Shown piece after piece: positions 42,968-53,568 of a DNA stretch of 64,000 nt (position 1 is its first letter; every line of letters begins with the position of its first letter). A program made the position numbers and the translations under genes. The notes beneath the pieces were generated by a model. The model did not search any database. It saw only the letters and a list, made by a program, of their open reading frames with translations, and was not told the origin of the DNA. Source of the stretch: SAR86 cluster bacterium SAR86A (GTDB lineage Bacteria; Pseudomonadota; Gammaproteobacteria; Magnimaribacterales; D2472); contig JH611156.1 in NCBI GenBank assembly GCA_000252525.1, positions 578,109-642,108 on the forward strand, read 5' to 3'.

Positions 42968-42970
42968 TAA

Positions 42971-43186
42971 ATGGATGAAAGGTACAAAAGATTAAATAAA
43001 TCAACTGGAGAGCCATTCCATGCGGGTTATCAAGATGAGGATGGTAGAATTTTTCTGAGATACCTAAGCAAACAAGGTAATGATGGATATTATCTTGAAG
43101 AGTGGAAAAAAGACATCAAAAGCTTCAAAAATAAAGCTAGAGAATTAAATATTAATTACGACTTAAATCAGCAATCGAATCAATAA
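42971..43186 (+). CDS. Hypothetical small protein (71 aa)
   Basis: ATG lies 3 nt after the permease stop. No recognisable motif. The last 35 nt overlap the convergent hydrolase gene. Confidence 0.35.
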   Translation: MDERYKRLNKSTGEPFHAGYQDEDGRIFLRYLSKQGNDGYYLEEWKKDIKSFKNKARELNINYDLNQQSNQ

Positions 43187-44357
43187 TTTCAGGATACTTC
43201 ACATAGAATTCGTATGATTCTCCCTCCTCTTCTGTAAATGGAGTAATTACATCTGAACCAGATTCTATAGTTCCTGAAGCTATCAACATCCTACCAATAG
43301 CAATAGCATTGTCTATGCCTGCCCATCTAAGATATTTCATGATGCCCCATTTCTGAGTAGAGCCATTGTCTTGTTCTGAATATTTTGAAATTCTTGTTAC
43401 AACAACGTCATTTTCTCTGTCTACAAAAGTGTATTGCCCAAACTTTCCACTTGTATTAAATATTTTTGATTCTTCATCATACTTTGATACCCACCAATGC
43501 AGAGAATAATATCGTTTATAGTCTGAGAATCTACTTGGCGTTTCCCATACAACCTGAAAAGTTTCGTCTACAAATTCTTTTGACACAATCTGTTTATCAT
43601 TCCACTTACCATCTCTAGCAAATAATAAGCCTAGCTTTGAATAATCCCTTGCCGACATATCCACACAACAATATGTCATCACGTTACCCATTTCATCTTT
43701 CCATAATTTATAATCCCCTATACCCAGAGGTTCTAGAATTCTCTCTTCAAAAAGCACATCAGCTTTTTTTCCAGTTGCTTGAAATAAAATATCACCTAAA
43801 AGCATAGAATTGACATTGTTATATTCGAACTTTTCGCCAGCATTTTTTTCAACACCAACTTTTTTAGCGTATTGAAGATGATCTGCTTGAAAAAACATTT
43901 TTTCATGTTCATGAGTCGGGAAATCAAGACCACTAGACATATCGAGAAGATCTCTCAAAGTAATATCTGATCTTTCGTCATCAAAGTAATCAAGATAAAC
44001 AGAAACTTTATCATCAAGACTGTTAATTTCTCCACGATCAATTGAAATTCCAATTAATGCAGCATAATAGCTCTTTGCCATCGACCAGGATGTGCCATGA
44101 GAATTTAGATCATATCCATTAGCATATTTTTCTGAAATTATTTTGCCATTCTTAATTACAACAACTGCTTGAGTTGCATCATCTGAAAATGATAAATCCA
44201 TTAATTTGTCAATTTTATTAGGACTCACACCCTCCGCTTCAGGCGATGAAATGTCCCAATTTTCATTATTAGGAAAATAATCCGCTAGTGTGTTTGATGC
44301 ATAGGGAAATAATAAGAATGACAGAATAAAAGCTCGAATGTGCATTTCTAAATTCAT
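43152..44357 (-). CDS. Serine hydrolase, beta-lactamase/PBP4-like family (secreted)
   Basis: 401 aa with a signal peptide and SxxK motif (SWSMAKS). Confidence 0.75.
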   Translation of the reverse strand: MNLEMHIRAFILSFLLFPYASNTLADYFPNNENWDISSPEAEGVSPNKIDKLMDLSFSDDATQAVVVIKNGKIISEKYANGYDLNSHGTSWSMAKSYYAALIGISIDRGEINSLDDKVSVYLDYFDDERSDITLRDLLDMSSGLDFPTHEHEKMFFQADHLQYAKKVGVEKNAGEKFEYNNVNSMLLGDILFQATGKKADVLFEERILEPLGIGDYKLWKDEMGNVMTYCCVDMSARDYSKLGLLFARDGKWNDKQIVSKEFVDETFQVVWETPSRFSDYKRYYSLHWWVSKYDEESKIFNTSGKFGQYTFVDRENDVVVTRISKYSEQDNGSTQKWGIMKYLRWAGIDNAIAIGRMLIASGTIESGSDVITPFTEEEGESYEFYVKYPEIIDSIADLSRN

Positions 44358-44479
44358 AATAAAAAGTTTTAAAAATATTGTTGAAATATACTGTTAATAT
44401 AGCCTTTTTTATCTCTTAAGCAAATAATTAATGATATAAATTTCATTGATATTCAATTATAAGTATTTATAATAATGGC

Positions 44480-44935
44480 ATGCATATTTTATTAAAAAAA
44501 TTATCTTTTTCTTTAATACTATCTTTCATATGTATAGATTTAACTTCAGAAGCATATACTGTAAAGATGCTTAATCAAGGTGCAACTGGTGTTATGGTTT
44601 TTGAGCCTGCGTTTTTAAAAATTAATGTTGGTGATACTGTTACATTTGAGTCAACTGACGCTGCGCATAACTCTGCATCTATACCTGGCATGATTCCATC
44701 TGGTGCTTCACCTTGGAATGGACAGTTAAGCAGAGATATTTCAGTAACTTTTGAAATTCCTGGAGTATATGGATATCAATGTACACCTCATGCAATGATG
44801 GCTATGGTTGGTGTAATACAAGTAGGTGATGATAATTCAAACATAGAAACTGCTAAAAATGTTGCAACACAATTCAAGTCTTCATTTGTTATGAATCAAA
44901 CCAGACTTGATGAATATCTATCTAAAATTAATTAA
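44480..44935 (+). CDS. Pseudoazurin (type-1 blue copper protein)
   Basis: 151 aa with a signal peptide. Copper ligands at pseudoazurin spacing: AAHN ... C-T-P-H-A-M-M-A-M. Confidence 0.85.
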   Translation: MHILLKKLSFSLILSFICIDLTSEAYTVKMLNQGATGVMVFEPAFLKINVGDTVTFESTDAAHNSASIPGMIPSGASPWNGQLSRDISVTFEIPGVYGYQCTPHAMMAMVGVIQVGDDNSNIETAKNVATQFKSSFVMNQTRLDEYLSKIN

Positions 44936-44977
44936 TATTATTTAATAAATTTTTTGTGTAAAATTACTCCTCTCTAA

Positions 44978-45054
44978 GGGCGAGTAACTCAGTTGGTTAG
45001 AGTGTCTGCTCGACACGCAGGAAGTCGGGAGTTCGAATCTCTCCTCGCCCACCA
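44978..45054 (+). tRNA. tRNA-Val (anticodon GAC)
   Basis: 77 nt; acceptor GGGCGAG/CTCGCCC, anticodon loop TCGACAC, encoded CCA. Confidence 0.9.
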
Positions 45055-45060
45055 ATATAA

Positions 45061-45807
45061 TTATTTTTTAAGTTGGTCTGCGACCCAACTTATCGACCAG
45101 TTATGACCAAGTCTTCTTCCATTATAGGTTTTAGGTAATCTTGTGACTTTACTTCCATCAACTTCTATAATTTGAGGATCATAATCTAAATTATTAAATG
45201 CTCCATCTAGTTCTTTAATTGTTCTCCACTGGTAGAGAGAAACGTTATCTCTGACAAATTTAGGTGCAGAATAATTACACATATTTTTGAAAAGACCTGA
45301 TCTTAGATCAGACGACACAGGCCCGGTTAGTGGCCCTGCCACTGTATGCAAAGTTAATGGTACTTCGTTGATCCATGCCTCTGAAAACATTGCTATGATC
45401 ATAGCGCCATAACTATGCCCCATTAAAACTACCTGTTCAATGTTTTTGTTTTGATCTAATAAACGATTAATTTCATTAGAAAGATTTGCGAATGCTCTGT
45501 TAGGACACAAATTGTCGTTATAACGAAAGAAACTCATTAAATTTTGATTATCATTTATTGTTATTAATGGATATATCCATTCATATCCCTCGCTGTCACT
45601 GCCGTGAACACCAATAAAAAGTACTTTTTGTGAATCAGATTCCTCCTCAAGATAATGCAAACCATTATCAAGAGACATCAAACTTCTTCCACTCTTAAAT
45701 ACCTCTTTTAAATCAAGCTCTTTGACAGAGATATCAGATTTTGTATCAAAAGAAATTATTAATATGATCCAAAAAAATATTTTTAAACCTGAATTTAATA
45801 TTTTCAT
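45061..45807 (-). CDS. Secreted alpha/beta hydrolase (lipase/esterase-like)
   Basis: 248 aa with a signal peptide and nucleophile elbow GHSYG. Confidence 0.7.
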   Translation of the reverse strand: MKILNSGLKIFFWIILIISFDTKSDISVKELDLKEVFKSGRSLMSLDNGLHYLEEESDSQKVLFIGVHGSDSEGYEWIYPLITINDNQNLMSFFRYNDNLCPNRAFANLSNEINRLLDQNKNIEQVVLMGHSYGAMIIAMFSEAWINEVPLTLHTVAGPLTGPVSSDLRSGLFKNMCNYSAPKFVRDNVSLYQWRTIKELDGAFNNLDYDPQIIEVDGSKVTRLPKTYNGRRLGHNWSISWVADQLKK

Positions 45808-45809
45808 CT

Positions 45810-47204
45810 TTACTGTTGCATTGAAAGCAGTTGTTCTTTTGTTGCAAGGAGAATGGATTGATCTTCTTTATTATTTTTTTCATCTAAAAGTTTTTCAATT
45901 TCATTAAGCGCCTTATCAACAGAGCCCCATTTACCCTCGGAGTGAACTCGCTCATTTATTAAATCGTCATATCTACTTTTAATATCTTCAGGAATATTTG
46001 TTGAGTATTTATTACAAATTATTCGTTCGGCTAAAAGACGAAATCTCTCATCTTCAAAATTTCTGGAAATTTTTATTAGCTGCTCTAAATCATCTGTTAT
46101 ATGGAATTCTTTCATTAAATCTTGATCTCTATATGAAGGGAATCCACCTGAATAGATAGTTCCCTCAATATAATCAGGTTCAGGAAAATTCATTATCCTA
46201 TCTTCCATAGCTTGTGAAACCTTAGTAAAAAAATCTTTATTAGATCTAACTATGTCTGCACGTCTTTGGAGTTCATCATGGGTTATATCAAAGTGGTTAT
46301 TTTTCTTTAAAAGCTTACTTGAGCAAATAGGTATAGTTTTGTTGATCTTATATTTTTTAAGGGGTAGATCTCTTTTACCAGACTGAATCATTTTATTAAT
46401 TTCAGTGAAATCTAAATTAATAATGTCATCGGGATCAAAACTTAAATCAAAAAAACAGATCTCGTTAGGTCTAGAATTATCAGCACCACAAATAACAACC
46501 GGATATTTAAAAGGATGTCTTCTATAGACTTCACCAAGAGCTAAGAATTCGTTTGAATACAAAAGATTTTTAATGCCCTCTTTTGTTGATATGTTCAAAA
46601 ATGAATCAAAAACTTCAGGTATTTTATCTTTAATAACTTTGCAAAGACCTATCATAAATTTACAGTCTGAAATTGCATCATGAGCATCGCTTACGTCAAT
46701 TCCATGCTCATCTGCTAAATGTTCAAGTTTGATACTCAAGGCAGGGCCATCTTCAAAATAAGGTATTGATATCTCTTCGGAAAAGAAAGGAGCTATGTTA
46801 TGGATCATTAACATTAAATCTAGTCTTCCATTTTGATTGGTGTTTGTTATGTATGGCTCAAGAAGATTGCACCAAAACTGTCTTCTTATTAATTCTTCAT
46901 CAAAGGCATGTCCGTTATAAGTAATAAAAATTGCTGGTAAGTCTAAGCACCACTCTTTCCACTGATTTTGAATTTCTTTCATCATTTGATAATGCGAAAT
47001 ATTAGATGAAAAGGAATTAATCTTCTTATTTGTAAGCATTGCTTTTGGTTGCGGGATAACCCAAGGTAAAGGAGCACTACCTATATTTTGTTCAGACTTT
47101 TGATTTAAGTTGATATCCGTAAATATGGAACCACATTGTATGATTTGACTAAAATCTTTATGAATTCCTGTAGTTTCAGTATCGTAGAATATTAAATTAT
47201 TCAA
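45810..47204 (-). CDS. sbcB: Exodeoxyribonuclease I
   Basis: 464 aa; DEDDh exonuclease motifs FYDTETTG and HDAISD. Confidence 0.9.
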   Translation of the reverse strand: MNNLIFYDTETTGIHKDFSQIIQCGSIFTDINLNQKSEQNIGSAPLPWVIPQPKAMLTNKKINSFSSNISHYQMMKEIQNQWKEWCLDLPAIFITYNGHAFDEELIRRQFWCNLLEPYITNTNQNGRLDLMLMIHNIAPFFSEEISIPYFEDGPALSIKLEHLADEHGIDVSDAHDAISDCKFMIGLCKVIKDKIPEVFDSFLNISTKEGIKNLLYSNEFLALGEVYRRHPFKYPVVICGADNSRPNEICFFDLSFDPDDIINLDFTEINKMIQSGKRDLPLKKYKINKTIPICSSKLLKKNNHFDITHDELQRRADIVRSNKDFFTKVSQAMEDRIMNFPEPDYIEGTIYSGGFPSYRDQDLMKEFHITDDLEQLIKISRNFEDERFRLLAERIICNKYSTNIPEDIKSRYDDLINERVHSEGKWGSVDKALNEIEKLLDEKNNKEDQSILLATKEQLLSMQQ

Positions 47205-47208
47205 ACTG

Positions 47209-48426
47209 TTAGCTCATATATTTACCAAGCTCATATCTAGCAACAGCTCTTCTATGAACTTCATCAGGTCCATCAGCTAATCTTAGTGTTCGCATGTGAG
47301 CATACATACTTGCAAGAGGTGTTAATTGAGAAACGCCTTCTCCACCATGAATTTGAATTGCTCGATCAATTATTTTTAGAGCGACATTTGGAGCAAAAAC
47401 TTTTATTTGTGCAATCTCACTTGCTGCAACTTTATTACCAACTGTATCCATTTTTACTGCTGCGTCCAATGTTAGAAATCTCGCAGCATTAAGCTCAATT
47501 CTTGATTCTGCAATATAATCAAAATTAGCCCCTAATTGAGCAAGATTTTTACCAAATGCTACTTTGTTGGGATCTATGCCTCTTTTACACATAAGCTCGA
47601 GTGCTACTTCGCCTGCACCAATTGCCCTCATACAATGATGAATTCTTCCAGGCCCTAATCTTCCTTGTGCGATTTCAAAACCTCTACCTTCTCCAAGTAA
47701 CAGGTTTTCTTTTGGAACTCTAACGTTTGTAAATTTCATATGAGCATGTCCATGTGGTGCATCATCATATCCGAACACATGCATCATTTTTTTTATTTCT
47801 ACTCCCTCAGTTTCCATTGGAACAAGTATCATTGAATGACGTTGATGTTTTGGATTATCTGGGTTTGTTACACACATAAAAATGATAATTTTACATCTTG
47901 GATCACCAGCACCTGAAGTCCACCACTTTTCACCATTTATGACATATTCATCCCCATCAAGAACTGCAGTTGCTTGCATGTTAGTTGCATCACTTGAGGC
48001 TGTTCCCGGCTCAGTCATACCAAAAGCAGATCTTATTTTTCCATCTAACAATGGTTGCAACCATTCCTCTTGATGTTGTTCGTTACCGTACCTTGCAATT
48101 ACTTCCATATTTCCAGTATCCGGAGCACTGCAGTTCATTGCCTCTGATGCTATATGACATTTACCCATCTGTTCAGCTAAATGAGCATACTCATAGTTAG
48201 TTAGGCCTGCACCAAACTCACTTTCTGGTAAGAATAAATTCCATAAACCTGAAGCTTTTGCTTTATCTTTTAGCTCATCAATTACTTCAGGATATTGATT
48301 CCATCTATCTTCGCCTTCCTTTATTTGATCATGAAAAACGTGTTCTTTTGGTTTTACTTCATCATTTATGAAGTTTTTTACTCTATCAAGTAAGTCGATA
48401 GCTTCTGGTCTTAATTCAGGCATCAT
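47209..48426 (-). CDS. Acyl-CoA dehydrogenase (FadE2/ACAD10-11-like)
   Basis: 405 aa; [22 protein letters not shown] and LADGPDEVH motifs. Confidence 0.85.
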   Translation of the reverse strand: MMPELRPEAIDLLDRVKNFINDEVKPKEHVFHDQIKEGEDRWNQYPEVIDELKDKAKASGLWNLFLPESEFGAGLTNYEYAHLAEQMGKCHIASEAMNCSAPDTGNMEVIARYGNEQHQEEWLQPLLDGKIRSAFGMTEPGTASSDATNMQATAVLDGDEYVINGEKWWTSGAGDPRCKIIIFMCVTNPDNPKHQRHSMILVPMETEGVEIKKMMHVFGYDDAPHGHAHMKFTNVRVPKENLLLGEGRGFEIAQGRLGPGRIHHCMRAIGAGEVALELMCKRGIDPNKVAFGKNLAQLGANFDYIAESRIELNAARFLTLDAAVKMDTVGNKVAASEIAQIKVFAPNVALKIIDRAIQIHGGEGVSQLTPLASMYAHMRTLRLADGPDEVHRRAVARYELGKYMS

Positions 48427-48587
48427 GTGATAAGGTCTCCCGTTATATCAAAAATTTTGTTACTATTATAAATATGGTGAATAGTATGTATGTATCTATC
48501 TCTATGATAGCTGTATGTAGAGTACAAATCTAGACGAAATTTACACATATAGTTTGCTAAAAAAATAACGTAAGGGGAATCGTTAAA

Positions 48588-49490
48588 ATGAAAATAAGTT
48601 CTTTTGATTTAAATTTATTCGTAATTTTAAATGCTATTTATACTGAAGGTAGTCTAACAAAAGCTGCTGAAGTGGTTGGTATTACTCAACCCGCTGTTAG
48701 TAATGCTTTGTCGCGTTTGAGAGAAAAATTTAATGATGATCTGTTTGTAAGAACAGGCTCAGGAATGATTCCAACGCAAAAGACTGAGAATATGATTACT
48801 GATGTTCAAAATGCGCTTACATTAATCCAACAAAGTGTGAATGAGCCAGATACGTTTGATCCAAAATCATCAAAAAGAAATTTTAAACTTTCTTTAGGAG
48901 ATGTTTCTGAGGGAAGAGTGCTGCCATTTATCATGAAAGAAATATACGCAGATTCTAAAAATATTTCTGTTGGAAGTTTCGCTTATCAAAGAAGTGATCA
49001 AGTTCATGCTCTTGCAACCAATAATTTAGACTTTGTTGTTGATCCAATAATACCTAGATCAGATGAAATTAATTCAGAAAAAGTCTTCGAAGATGATTTT
49101 GTAGTGATGTATCGTGAAGGTCACGATCTTTCTAAAATTAAAGATGTTTCTGTCGATGATATTCTTGATCAAAAACATCTTCATGTTTCTAATAGAAGAA
49201 GAGGTCTTCATTTAATAGACACAGAATTAGAAAAAATTGGCTACAGAAGAGAGGTAGCACTAAGGTGTCAGCACTTTCTCATAGCACCAACTATCATTCA
49301 GTCAACAGATTTGGTGCTCATGGGTACTAGAAGTTTTGCAAATAGAAATAATTTACCCTTTGCTGAAATTCCTCTAGATATTCCATCCATGGAATATTTC
49401 TTAATATGGCATAAAAATGACGAAGGTGACGGTGGTCATATATGGATGAAAGATTTAATCGTTAGAGCCTTCAAACACGCTCAAAGATAA
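48588..49490 (+). CDS. LysR-family transcriptional regulator
   Basis: 300 aa; N-terminal wHTH LTKAAEVVGITQPAVSNALSRLR. Divergent from the acyl-CoA dehydrogenase gene. Confidence 0.9.
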   Translation: MKISSFDLNLFVILNAIYTEGSLTKAAEVVGITQPAVSNALSRLREKFNDDLFVRTGSGMIPTQKTENMITDVQNALTLIQQSVNEPDTFDPKSSKRNFKLSLGDVSEGRVLPFIMKEIYADSKNISVGSFAYQRSDQVHALATNNLDFVVDPIIPRSDEINSEKVFEDDFVVMYREGHDLSKIKDVSVDDILDQKHLHVSNRRRGLHLIDTELEKIGYRREVALRCQHFLIAPTIIQSTDLVLMGTRSFANRNNLPFAEIPLDIPSMEYFLIWHKNDEGDGGHIWMKDLIVRAFKHAQR

Positions 49491-49496
49491 ATATAG

Positions 49497-50300
49497 TCAA
49501 CTTAGATTGTGACTTGATGTTTTCACAATCCCTCCATCTGAAGTTATTGTCTCACCAACGGTGTATGCTCCAGCTCTAGAACAAAGAAATATGGCTAAAC
49601 CAGCCATATCCTCTGGAGTGCCAACCCTATTCCTTGGATTTCTTTTTGCAATTTCGCTATAGTCATGATTTACAGCTGCACCAAGCATATTGCTTGGATA
49701 AGGACCAGGTGCAATAGCATTAACCAAAATATTTTCACTAACTAGCCTTGCAGCCAAGACTCTGGTCAGATGATGAACCGCTGCCTTTGAAGCTCCATAA
49801 GGATATGTTTCCATTGATGGAACATTTAAGCCATCAATAGAACCTATATTAATCACCCTGCTAGGATCATCTTCAGTAGCCCTTTCTGAGAGAAGCTCTC
49901 TAAGCTGCTGAGTTATAAAAAATATGGACTTAACGTTAAGGTCCATAACTTTATCCCACCCTTGTTCAGAAAAGCTTTCTAATGGCTCACCCCATGCTGC
50001 TCCTGCATTATTTATCAAAAAATCAATACCATCTTCATTTTCTTTCAAGACTTCTACAAAATCTTTTATGCCCTCCATCGAGCTTAAATCACATGGAATT
50101 GGAATACATTCATTTTGATATTTATCAGACAACTCTTTCGCTTTATCAATTAGAGCAGGAGCTTTTCTGGCAGAAATATATACTTTTACTCCGTTTGCAA
50201 GAAAACCAGCAGTAATCATTTCACCAATACCCCTTGAACCACCAGTAACAACTGCTATTTTATTTTCAATATTAAATAAATTTTCTATTTTCATATTCAA
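49497..50300 (-). CDS. Short-chain dehydrogenase/reductase (SDR)
   Basis: 267 aa; TGGSRGIG cofactor motif, NNAG, YGASKAAV catalytic YxxxK. Confidence 0.88.
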   Translation of the reverse strand: MNMKIENLFNIENKIAVVTGGSRGIGEMITAGFLANGVKVYISARKAPALIDKAKELSDKYQNECIPIPCDLSSMEGIKDFVEVLKENEDGIDFLINNAGAAWGEPLESFSEQGWDKVMDLNVKSIFFITQQLRELLSERATEDDPSRVINIGSIDGLNVPSMETYPYGASKAAVHHLTRVLAARLVSENILVNAIAPGPYPSNMLGAAVNHDYSEIAKRNPRNRVGTPEDMAGLAIFLCSRAGAYTVGETITSDGGIVKTSSHNLS

Positions 50301-50386
50301 CTTCTCATAATTAAGTTACCAGATATATTGTAATGTAAATTAAAGAAACTTAATTTAATTAATTGTTATCTAGGGTAGAATAATTT

Positions 50387-51340
50387 ATGGATTTTTTAAT
50401 AAATTTCCTTCTATTAGGCCTATCTTTGTCAATATTGATATGGGGAGCTGACAAATTTGTAGATAGTGCTTCAATAATTGCAAAGCAACTTGGCATTAAT
50501 GAATTAACTATAGGCCTAACAGTTGTTGCTTTAGGAACTTCTGCTCCAGAAATTTTTGTTGGCATCTCATCAATTATTAATGAGAGTGAATCTTTAGCAA
50601 TGGGCGCTGTTGTTGGGTCAAATATTTCTAACATTGCTTTAATTTTTGGTGTTTCTTGCATAGGTATTGCTGCTAAACCCAAAAAAACTCCATTAGTACA
50701 ATTTGTTCCATTTTTATTATCATCATTTATTCTCGGTTATGCACTAATTGATTTATCAATTTCAAAATTTGAAAGTGTTTTACTTCTAATAATTTTTTTA
50801 TATTTTATATATGTTACATATCAAAACAGGTCTAATGATGATCAAATGCAAGAAGATTCTTTTCCTGAAGAAGGTTCAATTTATACAATTTTCGCACTTT
50901 TATTTGGATTAATTGCTCTTGTAGCTGGATCAAATTATGCAGTGGTATATGCTGAAAAAATTGCAGTTCTTTTAAAAATTTCAGAGCTTGTTATTGGACT
51001 AACCATCATAGCTATTGGAACTAGCTTGCCTGAATTAGCAGCTACGATTAGTGCAGTAATTAAAAAGAAAACTGATATGGTTGTTGGAAATGTAATTGGT
51101 TCAAACGTCTTAAATATAACTCTGGTCGTTCCAATTATCGGATTTTTCTCAAATGTTCAGCTTGATAGCTTAATTCTATCAAGAGACTTTTTTGTAATGA
51201 TTATTGCAACAATCTTGTTTGTGATTATTGGTATATCCTATTCGTCTAAAGCATTTGGCATTAATTCAATTAAACTAGTTGGACTGATCTTAGTATCTGG
51301 TTATTTGATGTATATTCTTAGTTTGAGTAGCTTAATCTAA
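50387..51340 (+). CDS. CaCA-family Na+/Ca2+ exchanger (YrbG-like)
   Basis: 317 aa; two alpha-repeats, GTSAPE and GTSLPE. Confidence 0.85.
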   Translation: MDFLINFLLLGLSLSILIWGADKFVDSASIIAKQLGINELTIGLTVVALGTSAPEIFVGISSIINESESLAMGAVVGSNISNIALIFGVSCIGIAAKPKKTPLVQFVPFLLSSFILGYALIDLSISKFESVLLLIIFLYFIYVTYQNRSNDDQMQEDSFPEEGSIYTIFALLFGLIALVAGSNYAVVYAEKIAVLLKISELVIGLTIIAIGTSLPELAATISAVIKKKTDMVVGNVIGSNVLNITLVVPIIGFFSNVQLDSLILSRDFFVMIIATILFVIIGISYSSKAFGINSIKLVGLILVSGYLMYILSLSSLI

Positions 51341-51777
51341 GCTTTTCTTAAATAAAGGAGAATTATTCCAACAAAGAAAGCACAAACTTCAAAAACAAAA
51401 AAAGTATTATAGAATCCAGGAGTGGTCGGCAGCATCGAAAAAATAACTCTGCCCAATGCAATTGACCCTACAATAAAAGTTATTAACTTGATTGAAAATA
51501 TTCCAATATTTTCTTTAAAAATTCCCACTAAACACATAATACCTATACAAAGATTAAGACCTCCGTATATTCCTGCAATTTCAGAATAACCAATCTGAGA
51601 AGTTACTGATAGTCCTACTGCTTCCAAAAAACTTGGGTAGCCCAGTTCTAACGCTCCAAGCAAAGGATCTAAAATTGCCCATACACCAATAGTTCCGTAG
51701 ATTACTGCCATGAACAACAAATAAATTCTATTTATCCAAATCAAGTCATATTCTCCATTTTGTAATAAAATTAGCAT
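51337..51777 (-). CDS. Small 4-TM membrane protein (DUF4345-like)
   Basis: 146 aa with four TM helices; family assignment is from memory only. Confidence 0.4.
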   Translation of the reverse strand: MLILLQNGEYDLIWINRIYLLFMAVIYGTIGVWAILDPLLGALELGYPSFLEAVGLSVTSQIGYSEIAGIYGGLNLCIGIMCLVGIFKENIGIFSIKLITFIVGSIALGRVIFSMLPTTPGFYNTFFVFEVCAFFVGIILLYLRKA

Positions 51778-51797
51778 TCATTATATATATATTTCAT

Positions 51798-52301
51798 ATG
51801 AATACCGATTTAATAAAATATATTACATTTTTTAGTTTGTTTATTGTTTGTATTAATATTAATGGGAAAATTATGCTTGATGAAAATGACAAATTAGTGT
51901 CACCCCTACCAAAACCTTATGATGGTTTAGTATATTCTGTCGACGACCTGAAGTCTTTTATCGTCTCTACTGTGAAATCAAACAAACAACCAATTATTAT
52001 ATTTGGTGCAAACTGGTGTCCTGACTGCAGAATATTTTCTGGAACAATGGACATACCAAAAATTAAATCATACATAGATGATCATTTTGCAATCTTGTAC
52101 ATAGATGTAAAAAGATATGAAATAAACATGCAGTTAATGGAAGAATTTGGAATTCCATCTGCAGAGGGGATTCCAAGAGTTTTAGTATTTGATAAAAGAA
52201 TGAATCTTATAAATAATTCAAATACAACTGAATGGAGAACTGCTAGGGAACGATCAAGTCAAGAAATTTTTGATTTCTTTCAAAACATGACTACTAATTA
52301 A
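51798..52301 (+). CDS. Secreted thioredoxin-fold protein
   Basis: 167 aa with a signal peptide and WCPDC active site. Confidence 0.7.
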   Translation: MNTDLIKYITFFSLFIVCININGKIMLDENDKLVSPLPKPYDGLVYSVDDLKSFIVSTVKSNKQPIIIFGANWCPDCRIFSGTMDIPKIKSYIDDHFAILYIDVKRYEINMQLMEEFGIPSAEGIPRVLVFDKRMNLINNSNTTEWRTARERSSQEIFDFFQNMTTN

Positions 52302-53568
52302 ATTGTCTACTTGCACTTGCAAATATTAGATAAAAAATTCCACCAAAAATTAAAACAAAGGAGCATATGTAAAAAATTGAGCTCCATGAATTAGTTATCT
52401 CAAGAATAAATCCTGCAACTATAGGTGCAAGAATTGCAGCAATCATTCCGATGCTTCCTGCAATTCCAACTAACGAACCAGTATATTTTGGACCAAGGTC
52501 TGCATGATTTACTCCAAATCCACCAGCACAAATACCTGAACAAATGTTAATTAAGCAGAGCAAAATTACAGCATTTAAGAGAGAGTCCTCAAAAGAAATT
52601 AAATATAAGAAAAATGCAGATCCAAAAAATCCTATTGAATTGACAGTTTTTCTAACCTTGATAACTTCATAACCTTTTTTAATTAAGTTATCAGCCAGAA
52701 AGCCTCCCAATATCAGCGCAATCATTGCGACTAAACACGGAATTACAATTGAATATATAAATGCATTTGAGCCTAAATCTATTCCCATACCGCCTTGAGA
52801 GACAGGAGCGTTAACATATTTTGGTAAATAAGATAAAAATGTGTAAAGAGACCAATTATTACAAAATGTAGCAACAGTGATTGCCATAAATGGCTTATTT
52901 TGTATAAGTTTGAGAAATGGTATCGATGAAGCAGAAGTTTTTGCAGGTGCCTCTGATTGTATTAATTCTAATTCGTTTTTAGATAAATTTTTATTGCTTT
53001 CAGGAAAAGATGTAACAGTTGTGTTCCAAAAAAAATACCAAAAAAAGCCTAAAGCTCCAAAGGTATAAAACACCCATTCCCATGAATAATTGGCTATGAT
53101 TAAGGCAGCAACTGCATATCCAAACAAAGTTCCAGCAGCAATTCCGCTATTTGTGAAACCTACAGCTCTAGTCCTTTCTTTAAAAGGTATCCATCTTGCA
53201 TATATAGCATGCCATGATGGGAAAGTTACGCCCTCTCCAAGCCCCATTAATATTCGAATTAAAATCAGCCACCACAATCCTTGATATGAGAAAAAAGGAG
53301 TAATTATTGTAAAAAATGACCATATTAATAGAGCATATCCGAGAACTTTTTTACCGCCATATCTGTCTGCTAAATATCCTCCAACTATCATAGTAATCAT
53401 ATATCCAAAGTAAAAAGATCCTAAAATAATTCCAACTTGAGATTCAGACCAGCCAAATTGCTCTTGCATTGGAATTATTGCTACAGAAATGTTTACTCTA
53501 TCGATGTAACAGATAAATACAGCTAAAAATGATAAAAAGATAATCTTAAATCGGTATGGAATAATCAT
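52294..53568 (-). CDS. MFS transporter, anion:cation symporter (ACS/SLC17-like) family
   Basis: 424 aa, 12 TM; N-terminal DRVNISVAI and GGYLADRYGGKK motifs. Start overlaps the P450 stop (ATGA). Confidence 0.8.
   Translation of the reverse strand: MIIPYRFKIIFLSFLAVFICYIDRVNISVAIIPMQEQFGWSESQVGIILGSFYFGYMITMIVGGYLADRYGGKKVLGYALLIWSFFTIITPFFSYQGLWWLILIRILMGLGEGVTFPSWHAIYARWIPFKERTRAVGFTNSGIAAGTLFGYAVAALIIANYSWEWVFYTFGALGFFWYFFWNTTVTSFPESNKNLSKNELELIQSEAPAKTSASSIPFLKLIQNKPFMAITVATFCNNWSLYTFLSYLPKYVNAPVSQGGMGIDLGSNAFIYSIVIPCLVAMIALILGGFLADNLIKKGYEVIKVRKTVNSIGFFGSAFFLYLISFEDSLLNAVILLCLINICSGICAGGFGVNHADLGPKYTGSLVGIAGSIGMIAAILAPIVAGFILEITNSWSSIFYICSFVLIFGGIFYLIFASASRQFN

Noticed and set aside
44430-44479. 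FNR/CRP-like half-site (TTGATattCAATT) upstream of the pseudoazurin gene.
   Set aside because: The right half does not match ATCAA, and it is indistinguishable from background AT-rich sequence.
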